In this document: positions 18,757 to 28,891 of the stretch, in pieces
How positions within the stretch are numbered: position 1 is the first letter of the stretch
Layout of the letters: every line of letters starts with the position of its first letter
Origin: a virus
Reading direction: 5' to 3' (one strand)
DNA: 64,000 nucleotides
Virus record (IMG/VR): IMGVR_UViG_3300033977_000098
Coordinates: 10,637-74,636 of that record
Made by a program: the position numbers and the translations under genes
The notes under the pieces: model-generated
Databases searched by the model: none
What the model saw: the letters and a program-made list of their open reading frames with translations, nothing else
Told to the model about the DNA's origin: nothing

Positions 18757-19082
18757 TAGCGCTCCTTCTCCGCGTGCTCTTTGACAACCTCGGCAGGGGG
18801 CGCGGGAAGCGGTACCGACCACAGTTCACTTGGAACCAGCGGCGGCTTAAACCAGTATGCCTGACATGCCTTGCACCAACAAACGATTGCTCCTGGTTTG
18901 CGCTGAGTCTCGGCAGGCCATTCGAGCTGGGGCTCCCACTGAATGCGATTGCCGTCGCGGTTGCCGCAGGCCGGGCATTTCTGATTCGGCTCGATGCGCG
19001 CCACTTTGTCGTGCGCGCCGCCTGGACGCGCCAGCCAAGTCACGTACCAGCGCGCGAGAGCGGCCTTGAGGCGGGCGAGCAT
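18756..19082 (-). CDS. Zinc-ribbon hypothetical protein
   Basis: CPACG...CKAC; translationally coupled to portal. Confidence 0.55.
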   Translation of the reverse strand: MLARLKAALARWYVTWLARPGGAHDKVARIEPNQKCPACGNRDGNRIQWEPQLEWPAETQRKPGAIVCWCKACQAYWFKPPLVPSELWSVPLPAPPAEVVKEHAEKER

Positions 19083-19258
19083 GGTTAGGCTATAGCATGA
19101 AGAGTTAGAAAATGAAAGCCTTTAATCGTACAACACGTGGCAAACGCCGCAGATTCTCATGCTGGGATTTGCTCGCTTATGGTCACAGAGAGGCCAGTGG
19201 CGTCGGCTGAATCGTCGGAACTCAAGCGTTCTCTTCTTGGACACTCTGAGACACATGA

Positions 19259-19597
19259 TTACGGCTCCGGTTCTGACTTTCCAGAAGTTGACGGTGGCGT
19301 GACTTTAGGATTCTTAATTTCCAGCATAAAAGAGAATCCGGCTGGGAAGTTTTTCAGTGTGCCGCGCAACTGGTTAAGAGCATCAACGAACTTCGCAATC
19401 GTAATCTCACAGCTTGACTCGTTGACCGTTGCCCAATTCCTCCCGCATACCGGGCAGTCATTCAGCTTTCCGCGTTCCTCGGGTCTGAGCATGTCGCGGG
19501 ATGACGGTATGGATAACTCGCTCACGCAATGCTTGCACGTCAGCTTGAGCGAAAGCACATCCGAAAGCTCTATGAATTTCTTTATTTCTTCCGTCAT
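19259..19597 (-). CDS. Zinc-finger hypothetical protein
   Basis: MTEEIKK...CKHC...CPVC. Confidence 0.55.
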   Translation of the reverse strand: MTEEIKKFIELSDVLSLKLTCKHCVSELSIPSSRDMLRPEERGKLNDCPVCGRNWATVNESSCEITIAKFVDALNQLRGTLKNFPAGFSFMLEIKNPKVTPPSTSGKSEPEP

Positions 19598-19599
19598 TC

Positions 19600-20067
19600 T
19601 TATTTCACCGGATGTGCTTTGTCGTAGGCCGCATCCGCCCTTCGCTTTGCTGCTTCCTGCTGAGCCTGGGCCTTGTGCATAGCAGCGATAATAGCCTGAC
19701 ATTCCGCCCACTCGCGGCGAGACATACTGCTATTAGCAGGTCGGGTGCCCCCTCCCGTGGGAAAGCCCTGCATATAGCATAGTTCCAGATGGTGAGCAGA
19801 GACAGGCCCAACAGTTGTCTCAGCGTACTGGACCTGAAGCCGCTGCATTTCTTGTTCGTGCTCCTGGTGGATTTGCTCAAGCTCAAGTTGACCTCTCGCC
19901 CGGCGGAGTTCATTCTCCTCGCTCTGGTCATAGATGTAGATGGCCCCGGCGATCACAACGATCAAGCCAAGAATAATCCCAAGCCCCACCTTCGCTGCTT
20001 TTGTCATGGCTGCCTCCGCGGGCGACGATTTGCTGCGCATAATACCGCCATGTTGATGCAGAAGCAA
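19600..20067 (-). CDS. Single-pass membrane protein
   Basis: VGLGIILGLIVVIAGAIYIY TM segment then coiled coil. Confidence 0.55.
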   Translation of the reverse strand: MLLHQHGGIMRSKSSPAEAAMTKAAKVGLGIILGLIVVIAGAIYIYDQSEENELRRARGQLELEQIHQEHEQEMQRLQVQYAETTVGPVSAHHLELCYMQGFPTGGGTRPANSSMSRREWAECQAIIAAMHKAQAQQEAAKRRADAAYDKAHPVK

Positions 20068-21204
20068 CTACGCCGATGGTTCGGCAAGATTTATCCATCC
20101 CGGCTTTTCCACCCTTTGGATTTTAGAGACCTTGCCGACCACCTGATTTTCAGCGCCGCAATCCACACATTTTAGTGTCGCTGGTTCTGTATCCTTGCCG
20201 GGATTGGCCAGCATGTACTCGTAGAGGCCGGTACAGTTGCGGCATCTAAATATAATCGGCTTCCCCAAGGCCCACATTCTTGCGTCCTCAAATCGAGCTT
20301 TAACTCCTCTTTCACGCTCGGGGTCATGCAGGTACCTTCCGGTTCCATCGGCGAAAATCGTAGTTATCCCAGGTGGGCGACGCGGATAGGGGTCATCCGT
20401 GCTTATGATTTCCTCCCACGTTAGTCTTTCCATTGTTCTGTCGATGTGCTGCATGTGCAAGGCTTGCGCGGCTTCAGAGAAGCCGCCTAGCAACTCTTTC
20501 AATTTGGATGAATGAATACTTGTGTCAGCGCAGGCCAAAAATAATCTTCCTAACAGCGCATCGTATTCCTTGAGTCGGTCCTGCATTAGGCCGATGTATT
20601 TCTGGGGCTCCATCCAGATTCCGTTGCCGCGAATTATTGCGATGTCAAATGGACTACGAACGTAGTTTGAGGTTTTCTCTGCCAAGGTCAGCAAATAGAT
20701 TCCGGCAAGTACGGCTTGCGGAATTTTCATGTCGGAAGAAATAAACCGCTTTATGGTCTCCCGATAGAGCTGTTCTCCGTGGCCGGTCAATTCGTGGTCG
20801 CCGAAAGGGCACAGCGTAGCGTTCTGCGTGATCCAACCATTGTATTCCCCTGTTCGTAAGCAACACACACCAACGATAAACTGTACCCCTTCAGAACTTG
20901 GGCTCTGTAGTGAGGGATCGCTGTCATAATGTGCGCTCAATTCATGCTCGAAAATTCGCACAAAGTCAGTCAGTGATTCAGCAGCGTTAGCATTCAGTGC
21001 CCGGCGCAATTTCTCTATGAAGGAAAGAATGGACGGTGTAACACCAGAGCCCGCTATAATGACTTTGTAGTTGCCCATCTGCTCCGGCTCGATTTTCTGG
21101 ACCGTTTTCCGGTACTCGACCGCGTCATCACCTACGATGGTCTCCTGAGAATCAGCGTGGATTACAATGCAGTCGGAAAGACGCCAAGCAGCTATGAGGG
21201 TCAC
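20068..21204 (-). CDS. Proteasome beta/Ntn-hydrolase-like protein with C-terminal zinc ribbon
   Basis: GTG start at 21204 after GGAGG gives M-TLIAAW...IHADSQET...K...IAGSG; C-terminal CRNC/CVDC. Confidence 0.65.
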   Translation of the reverse strand: MTLIAAWRLSDCIVIHADSQETIVGDDAVEYRKTVQKIEPEQMGNYKVIIAGSGVTPSILSFIEKLRRALNANAAESLTDFVRIFEHELSAHYDSDPSLQSPSSEGVQFIVGVCCLRTGEYNGWITQNATLCPFGDHELTGHGEQLYRETIKRFISSDMKIPQAVLAGIYLLTLAEKTSNYVRSPFDIAIIRGNGIWMEPQKYIGLMQDRLKEYDALLGRLFLACADTSIHSSKLKELLGGFSEAAQALHMQHIDRTMERLTWEEIISTDDPYPRRPPGITTIFADGTGRYLHDPERERGVKARFEDARMWALGKPIIFRCRNCTGLYEYMLANPGKDTEPATLKCVDCGAENQVVGKVSKIQRVEKPGWINLAEPSA

Positions 21205-21664
21205 GGTTCGCCTCCTGCTCCGCTTCCGTGGACCATTTGAAAGCGGCCTTGGAGCCGATGTATATAGACTTCTTGAGCTTTTGTGAAGTGAATAATCGCG
21301 CATCTGAGCAACACGGTCTCGCCAACGCACTAAACGATTCTGACGCACCCGTTCACGAATTTCCTCGGCTGTATAACGGCGACAGCCGAGCGGCGCGTAA
21401 AGGACCTGCATTGATGGACTCATCCAGCGCCTCGTCAGCCTAGAACTTGAAGGCTGTGTCGGCATCACAGCCGAGGGCTTCTCGCTACCAGAGTCGTGTG
21501 GCCTTGCGGCCGAGAGTGTCTCGTTTCATGCCGGTCTTGCGGCTTAGGCTGGAATCCAGGCAAGGGTGCCTGGCAAGTTCCTAAGTCCCAAACAATCCCC
21601 GAGAACCACGACACCCGCTCTTCGCGGCGCACAGCCATAAACTCATTATTCTACAGCATATGGC

Positions 21665-21850
21665 TCATCTGTCCATCATCTCCGCAAGCAATCGAATCCG
21701 ATTGGCAAGAACCAAGATTGCCGCTTGGTTGTTGAGTTCGGGAGTCGCGGTAAGCAGCCCCCACGACTCCTTAAGCATCGTCTGGACATGGAGAAAGTCC
21801 TCGACTTCCTGCTCGACTTCCTGCTTCATCGTGTTCCCTTCCAATTGCAT
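21665..21850 (-). CDS. Hypothetical protein
   Basis: Short ORF overlapping the TerL end. Confidence 0.4.
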   Translation of the reverse strand: MQLEGNTMKQEVEQEVEDFLHVQTMLKESWGLLTATPELNNQAAILVLANRIRLLAEMMDR

Positions 21851-24609
21851 CTGTTGCAGATGACTACTTCACCGTACACGCCCACTTGAGCATTCCCGCA
21901 GTTCGCGCATACCGGCTTGCTGCGCACCTGCGGCCGGCGAAGAGCTAATGCCTCTTGCGCCATTTGTACAATCGTGGCTTCCTTGACCGGCCATTTCTCG
22001 GCGCCGAACAATCCCCGACGCGATAGCTCTTCTTTCTGCGCCTCACCGAGAACGGGAGGTACTGTAACACTTTCCAATGCCTTTGTCTCGCTAATTGTTA
22101 AGCCTTGCTGGGCGGGTCGGTCTAATACCCTGGGCTGCGCAGCCTCAGCCGCCTGCCGCCCCGCCACTTGCTGTTGCCAATAAAGCATGAGTGGATGCAG
22201 CGCACTCCCGCTTTCAGCGGCATGCGCGAGACACATGGCCCACCAGTGGTCCGAATTTCCTGACCAGCAGGGTTTCCCGTTGCGGCGCACATACAGCAGG
22301 CCCGATGGGACTGTGCAGCAATGTACGGGGCCAGAGTATGGCACCACGAAATGTTCTAGCTTACGCTTGTTGGTTTGCGGCGTGAGGCGAGTCCTGTTGA
22401 TATTCACGCGCCACAGGGTTTCAATGTTCTTCGCCTTTGGATTCGGCTTCGATGGTACGACCGTACCCGCCATCCCGATGCGCAGAAGCAACGCTTGAAA
22501 GTCGTCTGCCAAGCGGCGACTCGAACTGTAGTAGCACCAATTTTCCTCTCCTCGGTGTCCGTCTCCGTGCATCATGCCATCAAATAGTTCCCTCAAGAGA
22601 TCACTGCTTAAACTCAGGACCTCCGGCGGGACGTATTTCTCCGGCGCTTTACCGAGCGGACGGAGTGACTGCCAAAGCCCTTTGCTTTTCGTGCGGACGG
22701 AATCGGCCTGCTGGCCGCCCCGTTCGACATGAAAACGCCATGGCAATTGCCGCACACAGTCCATGATGAAGCTGTCGCCCTCGATCTCTTTCTGCGTGAT
22801 ACCGACGCGATTTGCAGTGGACGTAAATCCTTCGGACAAAAATAACCCAAGGAAGCGCATCCATGCTTTCGCTGGTATGTGGTGTCCGTCCACCGATACG
22901 GACTCGATCCCTGCTCCTCTCCAGACAGCGCCTTTCTTGTACTCTATGCGGGCCTTGCTTCCAATCAGCGTTCCTGCCGGGAGCTTTCTGAAGCCTCCAG
23001 AAAGGCCAGGGACGCGAGCATACATCGCGTGATTTGGCGTCACAAGGAGATCAACCTGCTGATTAAGGACGCCCACCATCTCGCCGTTGTACTCATAATG
23101 CTGCACAGCCGAGCAGGGCTCAAAAACCAGTTCCTCTCCCCGCAATGAGGCCACCATGTCGCCAACGCTCAGGTGGTCGAACCTTCTCCAGCCAGATAGC
23201 GTGAGCAGCTCTGTCTGGTCGTCGTAGCAGTGCCCCCATTTTTCGTCGTGTTCCGAGTCGAAGCGTGCTTGCCCCGTCGCGGTGGTCACTTTCTTGACCA
23301 TGCGGAAGGAATTGCGGACAGCCGGCAGATCCGGAATGCGCACCTTGCGCTCCTCCATGCGCCGCTTCGATTCCACGGCCATGGCCTCTTTGTGTTGGAG
23401 CGTGAACGTAACCCCTTCGATTTGGCCGCTGCCGAATTCCTTGAGCAACGTCTCGTACATCGTCAAGCCCATGGAGCCCGTGTCGATGCACATCCGTTGC
23501 ACGACCGGGGGTTCAAGCTTGCCGTCATCGCCCGGCTGCTGTCGCAGGAATTGCCGCGCTTCCTCAATCTGGTCAGGTGTGGGGCGCTTGGACATCTCAA
23601 AGATGCCGCGGCATACCGCGATGTCGCCCACCAGCTCATTGAACCAAACGACGGACAAATCCTTGTGGCGCGCGACGTCCCAGCCTGCATAAAGGTTCCG
23701 CAAGTGCATCGGCGGGTTGTTGCCTAATCGGCCGATGTCTTGAGTCACTAAAGTGTCGATGTTGGGCGCATCCATGAGCTCCGGAGGGATCCACTGCTGC
23801 GCTGTAGACTGGAAGTGGCAATTGTACTCCTGAAGCCAGGTATCGTCATCGCAGCCCGCGCGCAGTTCCTTGGGGTCCACCGGGAAGCCGTCTTGCACCG
23901 CGTGGAAGATGTCGATGTAATGCAGGGACCAGCCGTCTTTGACATAATAATCGCCACGTGCTCGGGCCTCCTTCAGTGCTTTGGGCTCGACGCCATCCGC
24001 CACGCCCAACTTCTGCGCCATCTCGTAGAACTTACCTTGCTGGCCGTTGGGCGTCGAGATGATGCGCATTCGAAAGCCCAGCGTGATCTGGCGGTACGCG
24101 GCCTTGAAGATGTCCGCACTCTGGGGGTGGAACGCGAACTCGTCCAGCACTACATCGCCAGTGTACCCACGGGCTGTTTCCGGATTGGAGGACAACGCGA
24201 TAATGCGCGAGCCGTTCGGGAACTTGATGGTGTGTTCGAGGATGAGGGTGTTCTGGAAAAAGCCTTCACTTAAATGGGCTTCTACGCCCTTGAGCTTGTC
24301 CACGAGGAGTTTGGCTTTGCGCGCGAGTTCCTTCGCCTGCGGTTCCGAGCGTGAAAGGATGATGACGAGATGATTCTCCCGTGCAATGCACTCGCCCACC
24401 GCCCACGCGGCGCTGGCGGTCGATACGCCGATTTGCGCGCCTTTGACGCAGAAAATCAATCGGTTGGGGTCACGAATGTAGCTAGTCTGGAAGGGACGCC
24501 AAGGTGTGACAGGCTCAATCCGCGCCTGCTTGTCTTGCATGATGCTTACCTGTTTTTGTTTCGGGTAGGGCCTGCCGCGAGGTTTCGCTGGAGCTTCGGT
24601 GGGCATCAC
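21826..24609 (-). CDS. terL: Terminase large subunit with intein
   Basis: KGAQIGVST, TARGYTGDVVLDEFAF, ISTPNG, GWDVARHKD, CIDTG, GH|intein|SD. Confidence 0.93.
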   Translation of the reverse strand: MMPTEAPAKPRGRPYPKQKQVSIMQDKQARIEPVTPWRPFQTSYIRDPNRLIFCVKGAQIGVSTASAAWAVGECIARENHLVIILSRSEPQAKELARKAKLLVDKLKGVEAHLSEGFFQNTLILEHTIKFPNGSRIIALSSNPETARGYTGDVVLDEFAFHPQSADIFKAAYRQITLGFRMRIISTPNGQQGKFYEMAQKLGVADGVEPKALKEARARGDYYVKDGWSLHYIDIFHAVQDGFPVDPKELRAGCDDDTWLQEYNCHFQSTAQQWIPPELMDAPNIDTLVTQDIGRLGNNPPMHLRNLYAGWDVARHKDLSVVWFNELVGDIAVCRGIFEMSKRPTPDQIEEARQFLRQQPGDDGKLEPPVVQRMCIDTGSMGLTMYETLLKEFGSGQIEGVTFTLQHKEAMAVESKRRMEERKVRIPDLPAVRNSFRMVKKVTTATGQARFDSEHDEKWGHCYDDQTELLTLSGWRRFDHLSVGDMVASLRGEELVFEPCSAVQHYEYNGEMVGVLNQQVDLLVTPNHAMYARVPGLSGGFRKLPAGTLIGSKARIEYKKGAVWRGAGIESVSVDGHHIPAKAWMRFLGLFLSEGFTSTANRVGITQKEIEGDSFIMDCVRQLPWRFHVERGGQQADSVRTKSKGLWQSLRPLGKAPEKYVPPEVLSLSSDLLRELFDGMMHGDGHRGEENWCYYSSSRRLADDFQALLLRIGMAGTVVPSKPNPKAKNIETLWRVNINRTRLTPQTNKRKLEHFVVPYSGPVHCCTVPSGLLYVRRNGKPCWSGNSDHWWAMCLAHAAESGSALHPLMLYWQQQVAGRQAAEAAQPRVLDRPAQQGLTISETKALESVTVPPVLGEAQKEELSRRGLFGAEKWPVKEATIVQMAQEALALRRPQVRSKPVCANCGNAQVGVYGEVVICNRCNWKGTR
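22255..23229 (-). mobile_element. TerL intein (325 aa), LAGLIDADG type
   Basis: H|CYDDQTELLT...VTPNHAM...FLGLFLSEG...MMHGDG...RRNGKPCWSGN|S. Confidence 0.92.
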
Positions 24610-24620
24610 AGCCTCGCATC

Positions 24621-25175
24621 CTAGCCCGCAGGTGCTCCGCCGTCAAGCACTTGCGCAATAGAGTTGGGCGGCGCGGGTGGCGCTCCGTTCTCGCCATTAC
24701 CCCCGTTGTTCACAATCTCGGCGTCAATCGCGTTGCCATTGTCGAGTTGAGGAGTGAATGCGGCCGGCGGCTTCCTGTCCGCAAACCCCAACGCCTCGCG
24801 CACCGCAAACACCCATTCGACCCGTTCCGGCGGCAATGGCTTGCCTCCGGGGCCCCCAATCTCGTGCCGCTCCGTCTTTGCAAACAATTGCGGCCAACGG
24901 CGCTCCAACAGCCACGCCGCCGCTGTCCATTGGCCATTCTTGGCCGCAAGCAGGATGATCGACGTGAGACCCTGGATCAATTCTCCTTCTGCGCCTTTTA
25001 TCGCGGCGACAAGCTCCAACTTTTTACGTTTCGCCTTGTTAAGTGTCGAATCATCAATGTGAGCGAGACGGCAGGCATATTCCAGGGGGACGCCGATCCT
25101 CAAGGCGTCGCAGATCACCTTGACCCTTTTAGGCGTGAGAGTGTGACGTTTCCTGCTGTGGGATGTCGTTGCCAT
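24621..25175 (-). CDS. terS: Terminase small subunit
   Basis: LTPKRVKVICDALRIG...WTAAAWLLERRWP...EIGGPGGKP; immediately upstream of terL. Confidence 0.75.
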   Translation of the reverse strand: MATTSHSRKRHTLTPKRVKVICDALRIGVPLEYACRLAHIDDSTLNKAKRKKLELVAAIKGAEGELIQGLTSIILLAAKNGQWTAAAWLLERRWPQLFAKTERHEIGGPGGKPLPPERVEWVFAVREALGFADRKPPAAFTPQLDNGNAIDAEIVNNGGNGENGAPPAPPNSIAQVLDGGAPAG

Positions 25176-25547
25176 GCAAATTCAAGGCGCGAAGGGCTCC
25201 AAAGGTATCTTCACAGCCCCTGTGCTCCTCGCCTCATTGTCCTGCCACTATCGCCGACGTCGAGGACGAGCTTTAGGCGGCTTCGGCACCCGTCTGACCC
25301 TTGCTGGCCGAGGTGTTGCGCTAGTTACCCCCCTGCCCGTAGCCCTCGTCGTGAGCCGTTCCGGCTCGTAGTTCACAATTACTGGCCCCTCGTACTGCCA
25401 ACGAAAATGCAACGCATCGCTGAGTTGCATGTTCCTAAACCTCCAGCCTAATTACGCAAAACCAAAGTCACGGTACATAGGAGAGTGTGAGAGGTCAAGG
25501 TTTATTTTTTTTGAAGCTTCATCCCCCGCGCTGCGCGCGGGGCGGAA

Positions 25548-26177
25548 CTACATCCGAATTCTCCGAAACGAGATGACCCACACCCAAGGATTGCTTGACC
25601 AAGGACATCTCTTGTCGTTGATAGAGTCCCAAATGTCCGCAAAAGCCAAGATTGGCCCAGCAAGGCGGCGGAGCCAATCGCCTCCCAAGTACCGTGAGTC
25701 GTGGCGCGGCACCCCTTCGGCTATAGCATCCTGTTCTGTGATATCCTGTAATCGCTCGACCCGCACAGCGGTAATGCCCAGCGTCAGCCGCGAGGCCCAG
25801 CGAGGCATGAAAATGGCAGGCTTCCAGCGCAGGACATTACCGTGTTCTCCGTCAGCCCTATAAGCCCACGCACAACGTAATTCCTCGGCCTTCGCTTCGC
25901 CCACTTCACGAAAGGTCTCTCGCACCCAAAGCCGGTCACCTGGCCTCCCGTAGGCGCATTTGATGAGTTCAGAACAACCATCAGCCATAAACCATCTTAC
26001 GCCGTCTTGCAATGGCCATTGAGGAACTACCGCAACCGCGCCTCTTGCCAGAAATTCTGGACAAGGTTGGGGGTGGCAAACCCGCCTCGTCATGGTCTTG
26101 CGGCCCTCAAGAACAGCTTGAACCATCGGGCCAGAAAAGATTATCGGACGTTCCTTCACCGTGAGCTCTGTACTCAT
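25548..26177 (-). CDS. Phage ASCH/PUA-like domain protein
   Basis: ERPIIFSGPMVQAVLEGRKTMTRR...MPRWASR...VERLQDI...NPWVWVISF. Confidence 0.75.
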   Translation of the reverse strand: MSTELTVKERPIIFSGPMVQAVLEGRKTMTRRVCHPQPCPEFLARGAVAVVPQWPLQDGVRWFMADGCSELIKCAYGRPGDRLWVRETFREVGEAKAEELRCAWAYRADGEHGNVLRWKPAIFMPRWASRLTLGITAVRVERLQDITEQDAIAEGVPRHDSRYLGGDWLRRLAGPILAFADIWDSINDKRCPWSSNPWVWVISFRRIRM

Positions 26178-26274
26178 GTCACCTCCACTGCGTGCGTCAA
26201 ATGGTATGTTCCATAAGCCTTCGGGTAATCCTTTAGAATGTGGGGCACTAGGATCGTTTCCCAGTCTTGCAGGC

Positions 26275-27141
26275 TCACCCAGCCTGAATCGTTGTGCGGG
26301 TACGCCTAGCTCTCGCACTTTTCCGTTCAATCTCCTGCCGTGCCCGGCGCCGCGCTGCCAATTCCGCAGCCTCTTCGAGCGTCATCGCCAACTCCGCGAG
26401 TTGCGCTCGCAGCCTTACCGTGCTGGGAGGAAACGGTAGTAAGGGTAAGGCGATCCCCATGCGCGCTGCCAGCTTCATCCCGTCCAAGTAACTTCCGCGA
26501 TAGAGTTTCTCCCCTGCCCACAGAGTTTCGATGAAGAAATCTCGCTGTTCGAAGCTTCCGAAACACACGCAGAACCAGTACTCTTTTTCATTCACCATAT
26601 CAAGATAAGCGCGCCGTTTCTGTGCGGCTTTAAATATGCTGTCACGCTTTGTCGCCGCGATCTGTGCTTTGCGGTCGGCCTCCGCCTTTTCCAGTTCCGC
26701 GGGCAGTATCAACTTATCGCTCACAGCCAGAATTTCCTCGTCTTGACCGCTGGGGTTTATGACCTTGGCCGTACACGCGGGTAGAATAATCCCTAAATCC
26801 CGCGCCAACCCGATGCCATCAATGTACTTGTCCATGCCTTCCGCATGGACCGTCGGCCACGCCTTTTCAATGAAGACCTCCTTCTGCTCCTGGCGCTCGA
26901 AGACCGCGCAAAACCAGTACGGGGTTGCGCCTGCCCAAAACTCCTTTCTGGGTTTATGTTCATCAAGCGCCTTTTCCAGCCGCGCCAGCGCTTCCAGCCC
27001 TTGCCGCAGCCAAGCGTCAGCCTTAAATTTCTTGTCAAGCCGCACGCTCTCGTTTAAGCTCTCGGGCAGCAAGTCTGTAATGAATTCCAATCCGGCGCCG
27101 TCAGCGTGATCCTTCCCTAACAGCTTGTCCAGATAGTCCAA
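26275..27141 (-). CDS. Hypothetical protein with duplicated YWFC...F...YxDG module; start uncertain
   Basis: YWFCAVFERQEQKEVFI...KYIDGIGLA and YWFCVCFGSFEQRDFFI...SYLDGMKLA. Confidence 0.55.
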   Translation of the reverse strand: MDYLDKLLGKDHADGAGLEFITDLLPESLNESVRLDKKFKADAWLRQGLEALARLEKALDEHKPRKEFWAGATPYWFCAVFERQEQKEVFIEKAWPTVHAEGMDKYIDGIGLARDLGIILPACTAKVINPSGQDEEILAVSDKLILPAELEKAEADRKAQIAATKRDSIFKAAQKRRAYLDMVNEKEYWFCVCFGSFEQRDFFIETLWAGEKLYRGSYLDGMKLAARMGIALPLLPFPPSTVRLRAQLAELAMTLEEAAELAARRRARQEIERKSARARRTRTTIQAG

Positions 27142-27865
27142 CTGCCCTGTGCTGAACTGCGAATTCGTGCCGCGCAAATTCCGCCTCCACCATCGGAAAG
27201 ATTTTCTTGATGCGTGCAAAATCCTCGGGAAAGAATCGCTCAATATTAACCAAATACTTATAATCGAAATTTTCCCACGACCGGTCCATAAACTTGTAGT
27301 CAACAGCCAACTTGATGCCTGCGTCCCGAATCGTGCTGAGCACTCGTGCCAACGGCCAGTCCCAAATCGGCTTGAATTCGTGCCTCTCGAAGTTGAGCGG
27401 CCCATATTTGTTGAGAACAAACCCGCGAAGCATCGAATCCTCTGTGCGAATCCCAAATCCGCCCCAGGCGTGCTCCGGGAGATCCAATTGTTGTTTGAGT
27501 GCGACCCGCGCCTTGTCGAACCAGTAGAAACGCGGCCAATGTGAGTCAAGCGCATCGAGAAGCGGCCAGCGTTCGGGCGGCTGATAGATGAATTCACGCA
27601 AGGCCGTGATCGTGTTGTTGTGCATCATCCGCACAATTTTGCTGCCTAACTTATCCTCCAAATAATCGAGATAATCTTCCACGAAGTGCAGGCCCGGCAG
27701 ATAGGACATATGAATCGGCACGATGCGCTTAAAATACGGCCGACAAGCAACCCACATCGCGACAGAATCCTTCCCACGACTGAGACTCAATAAGATCGTG
27801 TCCGTCAGCTTCGCCACTTGCGCGACTGTCTCATCGCCCGTAGGCCAGTTGATTTCCTGAATCAC
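27101..27865 (-). CDS. PAPS-reductase-like PP-loop protein
   Basis: LLSLSRGKDS PP-loop; GIRTEDSMLR; PIWDW. Confidence 0.75.
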   Translation of the reverse strand: MIQEINWPTGDETVAQVAKLTDTILLSLSRGKDSVAMWVACRPYFKRIVPIHMSYLPGLHFVEDYLDYLEDKLGSKIVRMMHNNTITALREFIYQPPERWPLLDALDSHWPRFYWFDKARVALKQQLDLPEHAWGGFGIRTEDSMLRGFVLNKYGPLNFERHEFKPIWDWPLARVLSTIRDAGIKLAVDYKFMDRSWENFDYKYLVNIERFFPEDFARIKKIFPMVEAEFARHEFAVQHRAVGLSGQAVREGSR

Positions 27866-27955
27866 GGCTTCACCACCCTCCGCGTTCCTGACAGCATCGT
27901 ACCCTCAGCCTTCCAGCGAATCCAGTTGAATCGTAGCCGTTGTAGGAATGCCCAT

Positions 27956-27992
27956 AGTGCAAGTCCTGGATCTCCGTCCGCGTCACGGTGAA
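27956..27992 (+). repeat. 37-bp exact direct repeat, copy 1
   Basis: agtgcaagtcctggatctccgtccgcgtcacggtgaa, identical to 53443-53479. Confidence 0.9.
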
Positions 27993-28385
27993 CTGCTCCA
28001 ACTCGTAAATGACCGCGTGCCCGCTTGCGCCGGGCCCCAACATTCTCGTTATTTCCTCGATCCTAAATTTGCGCTGCCCGATCATTTCCTTTTTCCTTCA
28101 ATAGCGCTAGCCGGTAGAGCCAGGCATCCAGCGCCGCATTCAGCTCGACCCCGTCGCGGGCCGCCGCCACCTCGGTCTCCAGCAGCAACTCAATCTCCGT
28201 TTCGTTCATCGGCCCTCTGCGATTGACGTACCTACCAACAAATCACCACCATTATACCGCGCCTGTCAAGCCCTTTCACGGCATATAAGCGCACAGCTAG
28301 AAAATTCCCTTGCTTTCCTCCTGTGTGCTGCTACAATATAGCCGTAAGATAGCTGCCAAGCTATATTGAAGGAGGACTGCAACAT

Positions 28386-28583
28386 TTGCAAACCGAACTG
28401 ACTTTCCCGTTGCGGCTCGCGGAGAAATACCGGGGCCGAACCTTGAGCGACTTTATTGGACTCGAACGACCAAAAGCCGTGTTAGCGACCTTCCTCGCCA
28501 AGCCTTACCTGGAAGCTTTTTTCTTCCTTGGGCAGAAACTCGATTACCGATACGAGTACGTCATCATGCCGATGCAGGCTTGA
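28386..28583 (+). pseudogene. Truncated AAA+ clamp-loader-like N-terminus joined to a beta-clamp-like C-terminal tail
   Basis: LAEKYRGRTLSDFIG...FFFLG breaks off before Walker A, then YEYVIMPMQA. Confidence 0.5.
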
Positions 28584-28669
28584 CGGCAGGATGCAACCAA
28601 GCTACATTATGGCGTGAGCCGGGCCACAGTCCGGCTCACGCCGGAAAGGACAATCAGAGGAGCAACGGA

Positions 28670-28891
28670 ATGAAAAGACCCAAAAGGATGCCGGACCACG
28701 CAGGCTTTGAAGTTATGCATCTGCGCTTCCGCTCGGACGAAATCGCCAAGGTGCGTGCCGTGGTGAACAAGCGCCTCGAAGCCTACCGCAAGTCGCCCCG
28801 CACCACCGCGAAACCAACGCTGACGGATTTTGTGGTCTTGGCCGCCGTGGAACGCGCCAATGCCGAGCTCGCCCAGGGAGCGGTGGAATAA
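28670..28891 (+). CDS. Small DNA-binding (ribbon-helix-helix-like) protein
   Basis: MHLRFRSDE...TLTDFVVLAAVERA; GAGGAG RBS. Confidence 0.5.
   Translation: MKRPKRMPDHAGFEVMHLRFRSDEIAKVRAVVNKRLEAYRKSPRTTAKPTLTDFVVLAAVERANAELAQGAVE

Larger units (their letters stand above)
19088..21658. mobile_element. Possible eroded IS1595-type cargo element
   Basis: Degenerate inverted ends (ggctatagcatgaagagtt vs tgctgtagaataatgagtt) and imperfect flanks catggtta/tatggctc; removing it brings the upstream stop next to the downstream ATG. Confidence 0.35.
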
